Below, in pieces: positions 1 through 9,850 of a stretch of DNA of 64,000 bases. Within the stretch, counting starts at the first letter, position 1, and every line of letters starts with the position of its first letter. The position numbers and the translations under genes were made by a program. Source of the stretch: an uncultured Verrucomicrobiae bacterium (GTDB taxonomy: Bacteria > Verrucomicrobiota > Verrucomicrobiia > Chthoniobacterales > JAATET01); assembly GCA_963719495.1 (NCBI GenBank), contig CAVRCI010000008.1, forward strand, positions 64,001 to 128,000, read 5' to 3'. The notes below the pieces were generated by a model. The model was not told where the DNA came from. It was given only the letters and a program-made list of their open reading frames with translations, and made no database searches.

Positions 1-842
1 GCTTTGAAAGGTTCGCCGATGATGTAGAGGAAGATGACGGCGGGCACCCAGATGAGCGCGGAGCCGATGCCGGGAATCACGGAAAGAATCACCATGATCG
101 TGCCCCAGAAGGCGACGCCGCTGATCCCGGCAAACCAGAACGCGATGGCCGCGAGGGTGCCCTGGATCAGGCCGATGACCATGGTGCCCTTGACGGTCGC
201 GCGGGTGACCGAGATGAAGCGTTGGAGCATGCGCACCTCGTCCTCGTGACTGAGTGGCATGTAGTAGAAGACCTTTTCGAGGATGCGGCGTCCGTCGATG
301 AAGAAGAAAAACATCGCGTAGAGCATCACGAAGAAATCGAGGAGCAGTCCGGCCGTCCCGGCGGTGAGCGAGGAGGCGCTCGACATGAGGTAGCTGCCCG
401 CCTGCTTCGCGACGTTCCCGACGTTCTGCATGATCGCTTCCGAGGTCGGCACGAGATCGGCGGCGGCGGGAACTCGCTCCACGAGCCAGTCGTGGACGTC
501 GAACGAGTTGGCGGTCGACATCTGGTTCTGCACCCAAGGGATGGCGGTTTCGCTCACGGTGAACGCCTGTTTGACCACGATGCCGAGGAAGGCGCTGACC
601 GGGCCAACGATGATGAGAAAGAGAATGAGAAGAGTGACGAGCGAGGCGGCGGTGCGGCGGCCACGAAAGATTTTGACGAGCCAGCGGTAGAGCGGGCTGC
701 AGAGGCCGGCGAGGATCGCGCCCAGCAGCAGGGCTTTGACGAAGGGCCAGCAAACCGCAATGAAAAGCGCGGAGATCGCCGCCACGAGGATGAGCACGAA
801 GGCGGTGCGGAATTTTTTGCCGCTGACGTTGAGATCTTCCAT
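1..842 (-). CDS. AI-2E family (PerM/TqsA-like) transporter, 3' end truncated by window edge
   Basis: Not in the ORF track (no stop in window). Manual translation from ATG at 842: MEDLNVSGKKFRTAFVLILVAAISALF...PFVKALLLGAILAGLCSPLYRWL...FFVMLYAMFFFFIDG...TVKGTMVIGLIQGTLAAIAFWFAGI...VIPGIGSALIWVP, a typical AI-2E pattern. Confidence 0.85.
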   Translation of the reverse strand, partial: MEDLNVSGKKFRTAFVLILVAAISALFIAVCWPFVKALLLGAILAGLCSPLYRWLVKIFRGRRTAASLVTLLILFLIIVGPVSAFLGIVVKQAFTVSETAIPWVQNQMSTANSFDVHDWLVERVPAAADLVPTSEAIMQNVGNVAKQAGSYLMSSASSLTAGTAGLLLDFFVMLYAMFFFFIDGRRILEKVFYYMPLSHEDEVRMLQRFISVTRATVKGTMVIGLIQGTLAAIAFWFAGISGVAFWGTIMVILSVIPGIGSALIWVPAVIFLYIIGEPFK

Positions 843-903
843 GGGAATCGAGTTGGTTTGGGACTCAAGCACGATTTCCACGGAGCGGGAAGGCGGGAGT
901 GCC

Positions 904-2400
904 CTACCGCCGCCTCACGACGACCCTTTCGACTCGCGAGGTCTGGCCCGCCTCGTCGACGGCGCGGAATCGGACCACGTTGCGCCCCTTTTTCAAGCGC
1001 AGTTGGAGCGTCCAGCGCGTGGTGCCGCGCAGCTTGCCGGTCCGGAATTTTCCGCGCGTCTTGAATTCGACCGCCGCCACGATTCCGTCGTCGGAGGCCG
1101 TCCCGCGGAGGCGGAATTTCGATTTGGACGTCTTGCGTTTTTGGCGACCCCGAACCGCGACGGCGGGCCGGTCGTCCGAGCGTTCGAGGGCGGGGATGAG
1201 GAACGATTTTCCGACGGCGTCGTAGACAACTCCGGCGTTCGCTTCCTGCTCCTTCCAAACGAGGGCCATGCGCCCATCGGCTCCGACCGTGATGTCCGGG
1301 TTGGCTTGGTCGCCCGCGACCTGGTCGTTGGCGCGGACGACTGCGCCGACGGGAACTCCCGTCAGGAAGTCGAGCCGCTGAACGAACACGCCCCGTCCGT
1401 CGTCTCCGGCGAAGTCTGGCGCTTCGAACGCGACGACGAAGGTCTGATCCGAAGCCATCCCGACGACCGGCAGGTTCTGATCCGCTCCGACCCCGATGCC
1501 CACGCGAAACTCGCCACCGAGCGGCTCGGCGGACGCGGTGAACCGCTGACCCGCCACCTGGAAGGGACCCGCGTCGGGAATGATGATCTCCCAGACGACC
1601 ACGAAATTCCCTTCGGGATCGGCGGCAACCGCCGGGAATCCGGGGTCATCGCGCTGGTTGGAATTCACGACAAATTCCCCCGTGAGCGCCGATCCATTCG
1701 AATTGAAAAGGCGCGCGGCGATCGCGCTACCTTCCTCATCGAGGTCGTCGCCCTGCCAGACCACGATGAGTCGGCCCAGGCCGTCTACGGCGACTTTGGC
1801 GCGCTCGGGTTCGCCGGAGAGCGTCGTGTTGACGACGATCTTGCCCGAGGTGGACGCGCCCAGGCTGGTGAAGAGCTGCATGACGATCTGGCTGCCGGCG
1901 AGGGAGAATTCCGTCCAGACGATGGCGAACTTCCCGCCCGGAAGCTGCGCGATGTCGGGAGCGCGTTGCCGTTCGCCGACCAGACTGGTGACGAAGCCCG
2001 GAGCGCCCTGCGCGTCGCCCGCGGCGTCGAAGCGGCGGAAGGCGATGATCGGGCGGTTGCCGCTCTCGTCCTCGTCTTCGTAGGCCACGACGTAGGTGCC
2101 GTCGGGGCGCGTGGCGATGGCGGGCTGTTGCTGAACACCGGGCAGGAATTGATTCACGATTCGCTGCGAGATCGATTCGTCGCCCGCCGTGGTGAATCCA
2201 GACGTGAAGACGTTCGGGGACGCTCCTGCACCGTCCCAGGCGGTAACGAATCCGGCCGGTTGCAGCGCGACGGCGGCGTTTTGCTGATTGTTCGGAGTGG
2301 TGGTGTTCAGACGGATCACGCCGGATGTCGCGACCGGAGTCGCGAGAGCCGAGGTGGCGGTGGTGGCGATGAGCGCCGTGACGAGTTGGATGGGTTTCAT
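904..2400 (-). CDS. Secreted repeat protein (tandem 'VNTT..G.Q..P.VA....G.FVVVW' repeats, probable beta-propeller) with basic C-terminal Ig-like domain
   Basis: Signal peptide MKPIQLVTALIATTATSALA; about 7 repeats of roughly 55 aa; Lys/Arg-rich C-terminal domain ending RAVDEAGQTSRVERVVVRRR. Confidence 0.8.
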   Translation of the reverse strand: MKPIQLVTALIATTATSALATPVATSGVIRLNTTTPNNQQNAAVALQPAGFVTAWDGAGASPNVFTSGFTTAGDESISQRIVNQFLPGVQQQPAIATRPDGTYVVAYEDEDESGNRPIIAFRRFDAAGDAQGAPGFVTSLVGERQRAPDIAQLPGGKFAIVWTEFSLAGSQIVMQLFTSLGASTSGKIVVNTTLSGEPERAKVAVDGLGRLIVVWQGDDLDEEGSAIAARLFNSNGSALTGEFVVNSNQRDDPGFPAVAADPEGNFVVVWEIIIPDAGPFQVAGQRFTASAEPLGGEFRVGIGVGADQNLPVVGMASDQTFVVAFEAPDFAGDDGRGVFVQRLDFLTGVPVGAVVRANDQVAGDQANPDITVGADGRMALVWKEQEANAGVVYDAVGKSFLIPALERSDDRPAVAVRGRQKRKTSKSKFRLRGTASDDGIVAAVEFKTRGKFRTGKLRGTTRWTLQLRLKKGRNVVRFRAVDEAGQTSRVERVVVRRR

Positions 2401-2655
2401 TGGGTTCTTGGTTGGGTTTTTGATTTTTCGGATTAAAAGTTGGGGGCGAGATCGGCAGGCAGGCCGCGAAGGCGGGCGTCGGCGGATTACAGGAGATCGA
2501 ACGCCGCGAAGGGCGGGCGGTCGACCCGGTGTTTGAAAACGAGGGGCGTTTCCAGACCGCCATCGGTCAGGAAGATTCGGTCTTCGAGTTGGGGCAGGGA
2601 TCGCGTCGCCATACCCCCTTAGGCGTGAGGGCGGGCCTCACAATGTGAGTTTCCC

Positions 2656-4398
2656 CTACAATCGCCACTCGGTCGGTTGCTCCGGCTGGTAGGAGCAGGC
2701 CGCGCCCGTTCGGACGGAATTTGCGAGGTGTCGCCCGAGGCCGGCGTGCGCCGCGGCGATTTTTTTGATCGCCGCCCGCACGCGCCACGTCACGCTGGTG
2801 CGCGCCTTCTCCGCCGCGTCGCCCGTCCGGCGCACGCGGTTGCCGAGACCGGTCGCGCGCTGGATTTCCTCCAAAATGGCCTCCCGCTCCTCGGCCAGCC
2901 GGGCCGACCGCCCGGTGTCGGCGCTGTCCTCCGCGTCGGCGGCGTCCGCGTCGATGTCGCGGAGGCGGGTCCGGTAGGAGGCCAGGGCCGCGGTGTCCAC
3001 GCGCTCGATGCCGCGTTCGGTCAGCTTCGCGTCGGCGAGGTCGACGCAGGGGATCTCGTCGCCGGGTGCCGCCAGCAATCGCGCCAGATCGACCAGCCCC
3101 CGCAAGTCTCGCAACTGCACGACTTCGTGGTCGAAGGCCAGCGTCCAGAGCGCGCCTTCCCGCCGGAACGTGTTGGCGACCGGCCAGTGGAGGGGGGCTT
3201 CGCTCGCCGCCCGGCGGGACGATCCCGCGAGGCCGGCCCGCCGGAGGCCCTCGCCGAGGTGGTCGACGTCCTCCTCCCGGCGGTAGGGATTCAGGTGCAG
3301 GACCCAGCGGAAGAGTTCGTCGGCTCCCGGCTCCGCGCCGCGCGAGATGCGAAGTTCGAAATCCTTCCGGAATTCCGCCAGGTAGCGCGCCGCCATTTTC
3401 CGGTCGCCGAGGTAGGCGCACATCGCGGCCTTGAACGCCGGGACGTCCACCACCTGGCCCGGCGGAGCCTTTTCCGCCACGGCCAGCGCTTCGTCGTAGC
3501 GGCGCAGCGAGAAGAGCGGCAGTGCCGCGTAGCCGTAGAACCATCCGGGGCAAAGGGGGTCGAGGCGGAGAGCGCGCTCACCGAGCGCGAGGGCGCGTTC
3601 GGGGTCGCCGTGGTAACTCCAACAACCGGCGAGTTGAATGAGATTCCGCGCGTCGTTCGGCGCGAGTTGCTCGCCGCGTTCCATGCGCGGGATGGCTCGC
3701 GCGAATTCCCGCCGGTATTGCTCCACGCGCGCGAGGATGAGTTGCACGGTGGCGTCATTGGGATCGAGTGCCTCGGCGCGCACCGCGTTTTCGTAAGCCA
3801 TTTGCTCCTTGTCTTCGAAGAGTGCCCAGGCCTGGCAGCTCCAGTCGTTGAAGTGCGAAAGCGAGATGCCCGAGTAGGCGCGGGCGTAGTTCGGGTCGGC
3901 CTCGAGGGCTTGGGAAAAAAACTCGCGCGCTTCGTCGTCGGCGGATTCCGCCCCACGTTGGAGACATTCCATTCCGCGCAGCCAGCATTCGTAGGCGGCG
4001 AGCTTGGTCGGGTGCCGACGCCGCGAGCCGGTCAGCACCGTTTGATCCAGTGAGATCGACAGGGCGTTCGCGAGCTTCGCAACGATCTCGTCCTGGATCG
4101 CGAGCACGTCATCCTCGTCGAATCGCCCGGCCCACAGGTGACGTCCACTCGCCGCTTCGACGAGCTGCACGCTGATCCGCACCACGTCGCCCGTCCGGCG
4201 GAGGCTGCCCTTGAGCAGATGGCCGACGTCGTCCGGCAGCTCGGACGACTCTTCGATCAACGTCACCGCCAGAGCCGGGAAACGCACCATCTCGGCGGCG
4301 AGGTCCTGCACGAATCCGCGGGAGAGAATCCCATCGGCCACAGACGCGGATAGCGTCTCCAGGGGCATCAGCGCCAGACTGATCGGGCGGGAGTTCAT
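2656..4398 (-). CDS. TolB-N-like/TPR putative transcriptional regulator with C-terminal winged-helix-like domain
   Basis: N-terminal 'LLKGSLRRTGDVVRISVQLVEAASGRHLWAGRFD' TolB-like domain of adenylate-cyclase/TPR proteins; TPR repeats; C-terminal 'EKARTSVTWRVRAAIKKI...LGRHLANSVRTGAACSYQP' domain seen in large AAA/TPR regulators. Confidence 0.7.
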   Translation of the reverse strand: MNSRPISLALMPLETLSASVADGILSRGFVQDLAAEMVRFPALAVTLIEESSELPDDVGHLLKGSLRRTGDVVRISVQLVEAASGRHLWAGRFDEDDVLAIQDEIVAKLANALSISLDQTVLTGSRRRHPTKLAAYECWLRGMECLQRGAESADDEAREFFSQALEADPNYARAYSGISLSHFNDWSCQAWALFEDKEQMAYENAVRAEALDPNDATVQLILARVEQYRREFARAIPRMERGEQLAPNDARNLIQLAGCWSYHGDPERALALGERALRLDPLCPGWFYGYAALPLFSLRRYDEALAVAEKAPPGQVVDVPAFKAAMCAYLGDRKMAARYLAEFRKDFELRISRGAEPGADELFRWVLHLNPYRREEDVDHLGEGLRRAGLAGSSRRAASEAPLHWPVANTFRREGALWTLAFDHEVVQLRDLRGLVDLARLLAAPGDEIPCVDLADAKLTERGIERVDTAALASYRTRLRDIDADAADAEDSADTGRSARLAEEREAILEEIQRATGLGNRVRRTGDAAEKARTSVTWRVRAAIKKIAAAHAGLGRHLANSVRTGAACSYQPEQPTEWRL

Positions 4399-4602
4399 TT
4401 ACTTTCCAGACTAACAGCCTTGTCGAGTCGCGTCCGCGAGTTCCCGTGATGGAGGGTTTGACGAACAGTGGGTTTCGAGCGTTCCAGGCCGAGGCCGAAG
4501 CTCTCGTGCGGGCGGTAGCGGCGGACGCGTTCGAGTATTTGGAATACGAGCGGCAGGCTGATCTGCTGCACGCGCCGGGGCTGCGGGAGGCGGCGGTCCG
4601 GA

Positions 4603-7600
4603 TCAGGCCGCGGTCGGCGCGGAGGACGAGGCGGTCGAGCCGTCGGTGCGGGGACGGGCGGGGGCCCGCTTGGTGAGCCATTCGAGCACGATGGTGAGCA
4701 GGGCGGGGAGGAAGGTGAGCGCGACGCCGGTCGAAAACAGGAGGCCGAAGAGGACGATCGCGCCGACGCCGCGGTAGAGTTCCGTCCCGGCACCCGGAAT
4801 GAATACGAGCGGCGAAAGCCCGAAGATCGTCGTGATCGTGGTCATCATGATGGGGCGCAACCGCGCCTCGACCGCGTTGCGGACGGCGTCGACGGCGTTC
4901 ATTCCTTCGTCGCGGTAGTGTTGGAGCGCGAGGTCGACGATGAGGATTGGGTTGTTCACGACGGTCCCGAGCAGGATGAGGAACCCGAGCATCGTGATCA
5001 TGTCGAAGGGCTGACTGATCGCTTTCAGGCCGAGCGCCGGGAGCCAGGCGCCGACGACGTTCATGAGCCAGAGCCCAAAAATCCCGCCCGCGATCCCGAG
5101 CGGCACGGTGGCCATGATGATCCACGGGTAGCCCCAGTGTTTGTAAATGACGACGAGGAGGAGGTAGCAGAGCGCGATCGAGACGAGGAAGTTCCCGCTG
5201 AGAGCCTCCTTCGTGGCGGTCAATTGGTCGCTCGCCCCCGAGATGTCGATGCTGACGCCCGCCGGGACTTCGCCGCTCGTGCGCATTCGATCGACCACGT
5301 TCTCGCGCACCAGATCGACGGCGGTCTCCAGAGCGACGGAGCGCGGCGGGATGATGTTGAGCGTCACCGTGCGCCGTCCCGCCACGCGGCGGATGGAATC
5401 GGTGTCCGTCGTCTCGATCAGATCCGCCACCGAGCTCACCGGCACGACCGCCCCGGTCGGCGTCGCGATCGGGAGGCCGCCGAGCCGCGCCAGCGACTCT
5501 CCACTTCGCTCCGTGCTGTAGAGAAAAATGTCGATCTTGTCGTCATCGAGGAAGAACTCGTCGACGAACGCGCCGTCGGTGAGCGCGGCCACGGCGAAGC
5601 CAAATTCCCCGGCGGTGAAGCCGAGCTCGGACGCCCGGTCCCAGCGCGGCCGTAGCTCGATGAGCGGCTGACCCAGCACCAGCGACGAAGGTTCGGAATT
5701 GATCTGCGGCCCGTCGAACGTGTCCCGGGCGTGTCGGTAGGCGGCGAGCGCGGTCTCGTAGATCGGCGCAAGCTCGGGCCCGCTGATGTCGAGATTCACG
5801 CTGCGGGTGCCGCCGTCGTTGCTCGAGATGATCGAGCCGCGGGACGAGAAGGCGCGCATGCCCGGATAGCGGGTGAACCGCTCGTCGAGAGCGGTCATCA
5901 GCGCGTCGATCTGCCCGGGGTCCTTCGTTTCGGAAATGATCCGCATCGACCCGGGGCTCACGCCGACGTTGAACATCCGCAGTGCCGGGACGGGAGTCTC
6001 GCCGCGCGCGATGGCGCCGGGTTCGTCGTCGAGGAAGGGGACGAAGTCGGTCTGAATCTCCCGCGCGATCCCGTCCATTTCGCTGAGGCTGTATCCGGCC
6101 GGCGCAATCATTAGCGAGAACGTCTTGGCCTCCTCGCCTTCCGGCAAATATTCCGCCGGAGGAGTCAGGAAAACGATCGCCAGCACGGTCGCGGCGAGGG
6201 TGATCGCCAGGCAGGCGAGCCGCCGGGGTTGCGATCCGACGATGAATCCCACCAGCGCCAGGATCTGGGGTTTGAGCGGCGCCCAGGCGTCCCGGCTGCT
6301 GTCCGACTTCCCCAGTTTTACTCGGGCGCAGGCGGCCGGAACAACCGTGATCGCGACGACCAGCGACATGAGGATCGCGGACGAAATCGCAATCGCGATG
6401 TCGGAGTAAAGTTGCCCCGCCTCCTGTTGCACGAAGAGGACGGGTGCGAAGACGAAGATCGTCGTGAGCGTGGAGGCCAGCACTGCGGGCCAGACCGCGA
6501 GCACGCCGGCCAATGCCGCGTCGAAGCCCCGTTTCCCCCGCGAACGCTCTCGCTCGATGTTTTCCAGGACGACAATCGTATTGTCCAACGTCATTCCGAT
6601 CGCGAAGGCCACACCCGCCAGCGAGATCACGTTGATCGTGCGCCCGGTCACCAGGAGCCCGATGAAGGCCGCGATCGCGCAGATCGGGATGCCGCACATT
6701 CCGATGAGCGTCGCCGGCACGGAGCGGAGGAAGACAAACATCACGCCCGTCGCCAGGACGGCCCCGATCGCGAGATTCTGCCAGACGTTCGCGACGGATG
6801 CCTCGACGTAGACCACGTCATCGGCGAGGAGCTCGGCGCGCAAGCCGGCGGGTTCCAGGACGTCGCGGCGGAGTTCGTCCATGACCGGCAGGACGGCGTC
6901 GCGGATGACGATCACGTTTTCGCCCGGCTCCCGCCGCACCGCGAGGGTGAGCGAGGGCTCGCCGGCGGAGTAGGATTTGCTCCGGATTTCGAAATGGCTC
7001 AGCTCGACGTCCGCGACGTCCTGCAATCGGAGGACGGCCGCTCCATCCCGCCGCACGATCAGATCCTCGAATTCCTCGATCGATTGGAAGCGTCCCATCG
7101 TCCGCAGCAGATACCGTCGCTTGCCGCTCTCGACGTCGCCGCCCGACACGTCGCGGTTGCGCGAGCGGATCGCGTCGCGGAGTTCCGAAAGCGTGACCCC
7201 ACGCTGCGCCAGTCGCGCCGGGTCGACGAGGATCTGGACCTGCCGCTCGGCGCCGCCGCTCAGCTCGACCTGCGAAACGCCCGGGATCCGCTCCATGCGA
7301 GCCCGCACCTCGTCGTCGACGAAATCCCGGACCATGTCCATGTCGACGCCCCGGGGATTTCCCGACAGCGGCGTCACCGCGAAGTAGAGAAACGCATTCT
7401 CCGAGAACGAACTCGTGAAGATCACTGGTTCGTCGACGTTTTCCGGGTAGTCCGGCACCTGGCTCAGCGCGTTGTTCACGCGGATGAGCGCCTCGTTGAT
7501 GTCGGTGCCGAAAGGAAATTCCAGCTCGATCACCGCCTCGCCGGTGGAAGCCTCCGACGTCATTCTTTGCAGGCTCGGCAGGCTGCGCAGGTATTCCTCC

Positions 7601-7794
7601 TGCTCGATCACGATCTCCTTTTCGACGTCCTGAGGCGTGGTGCCCGGCCACTGCGTCTGGATCGTGATCGTCCGGACCTCGAGGTCTGGAATCATCTGCA
7701 CCGGCACACGAAACGCGGCGAGCACCGCGAAAATGACGACGATGAAAACGCCAACCGTCAGTAGGGTCCCGCGGCGAACGAGGTATTCGATCAT
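4603..7794 (-). CDS. RND efflux transporter permease subunit (AcrB/MdtB-like)
   Basis: Probable start MIEYLVRRG (ATG at 7794, ATGA overlap with MFP stop), about 1063 aa; motifs 'AIGMTLDNTIVVLENI', 'GTVVNNPILIVD', 'RLRPIMMTTITTIFGLSPL'. Confidence 0.92.
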   Translation of the reverse strand: MIEYLVRRGTLLTVGVFIVVIFAVLAAFRVPVQMIPDLEVRTITIQTQWPGTTPQDVEKEIVIEQEEYLRSLPSLQRMTSEASTGEAVIELEFPFGTDINEALIRVNNALSQVPDYPENVDEPVIFTSSFSENAFLYFAVTPLSGNPRGVDMDMVRDFVDDEVRARMERIPGVSQVELSGGAERQVQILVDPARLAQRGVTLSELRDAIRSRNRDVSGGDVESGKRRYLLRTMGRFQSIEEFEDLIVRRDGAAVLRLQDVADVELSHFEIRSKSYSAGEPSLTLAVRREPGENVIVIRDAVLPVMDELRRDVLEPAGLRAELLADDVVYVEASVANVWQNLAIGAVLATGVMFVFLRSVPATLIGMCGIPICAIAAFIGLLVTGRTINVISLAGVAFAIGMTLDNTIVVLENIERERSRGKRGFDAALAGVLAVWPAVLASTLTTIFVFAPVLFVQQEAGQLYSDIAIAISSAILMSLVVAITVVPAACARVKLGKSDSSRDAWAPLKPQILALVGFIVGSQPRRLACLAITLAATVLAIVFLTPPAEYLPEGEEAKTFSLMIAPAGYSLSEMDGIAREIQTDFVPFLDDEPGAIARGETPVPALRMFNVGVSPGSMRIISETKDPGQIDALMTALDERFTRYPGMRAFSSRGSIISSNDGGTRSVNLDISGPELAPIYETALAAYRHARDTFDGPQINSEPSSLVLGQPLIELRPRWDRASELGFTAGEFGFAVAALTDGAFVDEFFLDDDKIDIFLYSTERSGESLARLGGLPIATPTGAVVPVSSVADLIETTDTDSIRRVAGRRTVTLNIIPPRSVALETAVDLVRENVVDRMRTSGEVPAGVSIDISGASDQLTATKEALSGNFLVSIALCYLLLVVIYKHWGYPWIIMATVPLGIAGGIFGLWLMNVVGAWLPALGLKAISQPFDMITMLGFLILLGTVVNNPILIVDLALQHYRDEGMNAVDAVRNAVEARLRPIMMTTITTIFGLSPLVFIPGAGTELYRGVGAIVLFGLLFSTGVALTFLPALLTIVLEWLTKRAPARPRTDGSTASSSAPTAA

Positions 7795-8882
7795 GGCCCT
7801 TGCTCCGTCGGCGTGGCGGTCGATTCGCCCTCCAGAACGGTCACTTCCTGACCGCTCTCGAGTGACTCGTTGCCGCGGACGACGACGCGTTCTCCCTCTT
7901 CCAGACCGTCCAGGACGATGACCGTTTCCGCCATCCGGTCGCCGATCGTCACCGCTCGTTCGGTGACCCGCTCCGTGCCATCGGTTTGCTCGACGACCCA
8001 CGCGAGGGTCGAGCCATCGGGCCGCCGCACGATCGCGTCCCTCGGAACCGTGAGCGCATCCCCGCCGCCCGCGATCTGGAAGGTCGCGCGGCCCGACACG
8101 CCGGGAAGCATTGCCGGATGCGGCGTCTCGGCCTCGACGCGGACGAGAAATGTTCGCGCCACGACATCCTTCACGGGCACCCGCGCGATCACCCGGGCCG
8201 GGATCTCGACGTCCGGTTTCGAATCCAACCGCAGGGTGACCGGCGTGGCCTCGTCGATCACCGGATACAGCTCCTGCGGAGCCCGCACGTCGAAACGCAC
8301 CGCGTCGACTTCGACGAGTTCCAGCACGGGGACGCCCGTCTCGACCCACTCGCCGACCTCCGTCATTTTCTCGCCGATGACCCCGGAAAATGGCGCGACC
8401 AGTTGGTGGCGCGCCACGATCTCGGCCCGCTCCCGCCGGTCGATCTCAAGTTGACTGAACGCCGACATTTGCACGCGCAGGGCCGCCGAGCGCGCGTCGG
8501 ATTCCGTGCGGGGCAGTCCACCGCTGGCGGCCAACTTGCGGCCTTCGTCGTAGAGCCGTCGCGTCTCCGTGAGCTGCGCCTTCGCCTCGACGACCGCCTC
8601 GGTCGCGCGCTCCAGCGCCAGCTCGGCCAGCGCGGAATCCAGCTCCAGCACGACGTCGCCGCGCTCGACTTTGCTGCCCGCGTCGACGCTTACGGATCTG
8701 ACGAGTCCGGTCGTTCGGGCCGAGAGCGACGCCCGGCGTTCCGCGGTGACTCCGCCGGAGAGACTGATGGTTTCAGCCGCCGCCGAGCGCGTGACCGTTT
8801 GCACGGTCACCAAAGCCGAGTTCTCGGCACCGACGAGAAGACGGCTTCCCACGAACAACCAGACGAACCAGGCGGATTTCAC
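7791..8882 (-). CDS. RND efflux periplasmic adaptor (membrane fusion protein)
   Basis: 'SARTTGLVRSVSVDAGSKVERGDVVLELD', 'LVAPFSGVI...VGEWV', 'GLEEGERVVVRG'; directly upstream of the RND permease. Confidence 0.9.
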   Translation of the reverse strand: MKSAWFVWLFVGSRLLVGAENSALVTVQTVTRSAAAETISLSGGVTAERRASLSARTTGLVRSVSVDAGSKVERGDVVLELDSALAELALERATEAVVEAKAQLTETRRLYDEGRKLAASGGLPRTESDARSAALRVQMSAFSQLEIDRRERAEIVARHQLVAPFSGVIGEKMTEVGEWVETGVPVLELVEVDAVRFDVRAPQELYPVIDEATPVTLRLDSKPDVEIPARVIARVPVKDVVARTFLVRVEAETPHPAMLPGVSGRATFQIAGGGDALTVPRDAIVRRPDGSTLAWVVEQTDGTERVTERAVTIGDRMAETVIVLDGLEEGERVVVRGNESLESGQEVTVLEGESTATPTEQGP

Positions 8883-9047
8883 GGCGGTAGGTTAGGTCCG
8901 GCCCCACGCCGGCGCAACTGGCAGGATCGATCCGCCGCGACCAGCTCGGAAGTGGGGACCGCTCGCTCGAAGAGGCGACCGCCCCACCAATCGAACGGTA
9001 GGGCTGGTCGCGCCGCGCCAGCCCACTTCGCATTTCACCCGCCAACC

Positions 9048-9134
9048 ATGCCAAACGATCTCTTCCACCCCCGCACCTCCTTCGAGCAATTCGAGGAAGG
9101 CCCGCAGCTCGCCCCGGAGTTCGATGCCCGATGA
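9048..9134 (+). pseudogene. Possible N-terminal remnant of phosphoribosyl-AMP cyclohydrolase (HisI)
   Basis: MPNDLFHPRTSFEQFEEGPQLAPEFDAR* resembles the 'F.PR.S.EQ.EEG..LAPKFD' N-terminus of some HisI proteins but stops after 28 aa. Confidence 0.35.
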
Positions 9135-9264
9135 AGCTGAGGACGACGGCGGAATGGACGAGGAATCCGACGATTCCGACGACGAAGACTCTGGTTCCGA
9201 CGACGGTGGCGGCGAGGAAGAGTAATCGATCGACCCAATCATTCCGAACCCTTCACTCACTAAT

Positions 9265-9738
9265 CCCAGGCTCATCCGCTCCACCGCCACCCGCCTTTCC
9301 TTCATCGCATCCTTGGCGCTGATCGCGTGGGTGGCCGTCACGTCTAACCGCGTCGTCCGCGCCGCGAATCAGCAGCGGGAAGCGTGGTCCGGGATCGACG
9401 TCCAACTCCGCAATCAGGCCGCCGGGAACCCGGCGCGCACGGACGCCGCCGAGAACGAGCGCTCCCACGGGATCACCCGACTGCTCGCCGTCGCGGAGGC
9501 TTACCCTGAGCTGAGGGCGAGCGAGGACTTCCGGACGCTCAACGCGCCGCTCACCGCCATCGAGGACGATTTGCAGTTCGCTCGGCGCTACCACAACGGG
9601 TCGGTCCGCGATTTTCGGAACCTTGCCGAGTCGTTTCCCGCGGTGTTGATCGCGGGCCCGTTCGGTATTCGGCCCGGGGAATTCTTTGAAGTCGATTCCG
9701 CGACCGAACGTCACGCTCCGGAAGTGCGCCTCGGATGA
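9265..9738 (+). pseudogene. lemA: LemA family protein with internal deletion and no good start codon
   Basis: 'NRVVRAANQQREAWSGIDVQL', 'LLAVAEAYPELRASEDF', 'IEDDLQFARRYHNGSVRDF...ESFPAVLIAGPFG' are LemA motifs; the conserved 'KRRxDLxPNLVxxVKGYxxHE' block after DVQL is missing. Confidence 0.75.
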
Positions 9739-9850
9739 AGATCGTTCTTCGGATTCTCGTTACGTTCGCGTTCGGCCTGTCGGCGGCGGCGGCGGTTCCT
9801 TGGGCGGCGGCGGTGGTGGCGGCGGGGGAGCTTGGTAGCGATGGGTGCCA
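9735..9850 (+). pseudogene. Possible 5' remnant of the gene that usually follows lemA (DUF2207-type)
   Basis: ATGA overlap with lemA stop; signal-peptide-like MKIVLRILVTFAFGLSAAAA, then degenerates. Confidence 0.3.

Noticed and set aside
4446..4676. Small plus-strand ORF MMEGLTNSGFRAF...
   Set aside because: Mildly protein-like, but it overlaps the RND 3' end on the opposite strand and has no recognisable motif.
4603..8882. RND pump as exporter of the PKS product
   Set aside because: It lies 4.5 kb away on the opposite strand, separated by unrelated genes; there is no sequence evidence of linkage.
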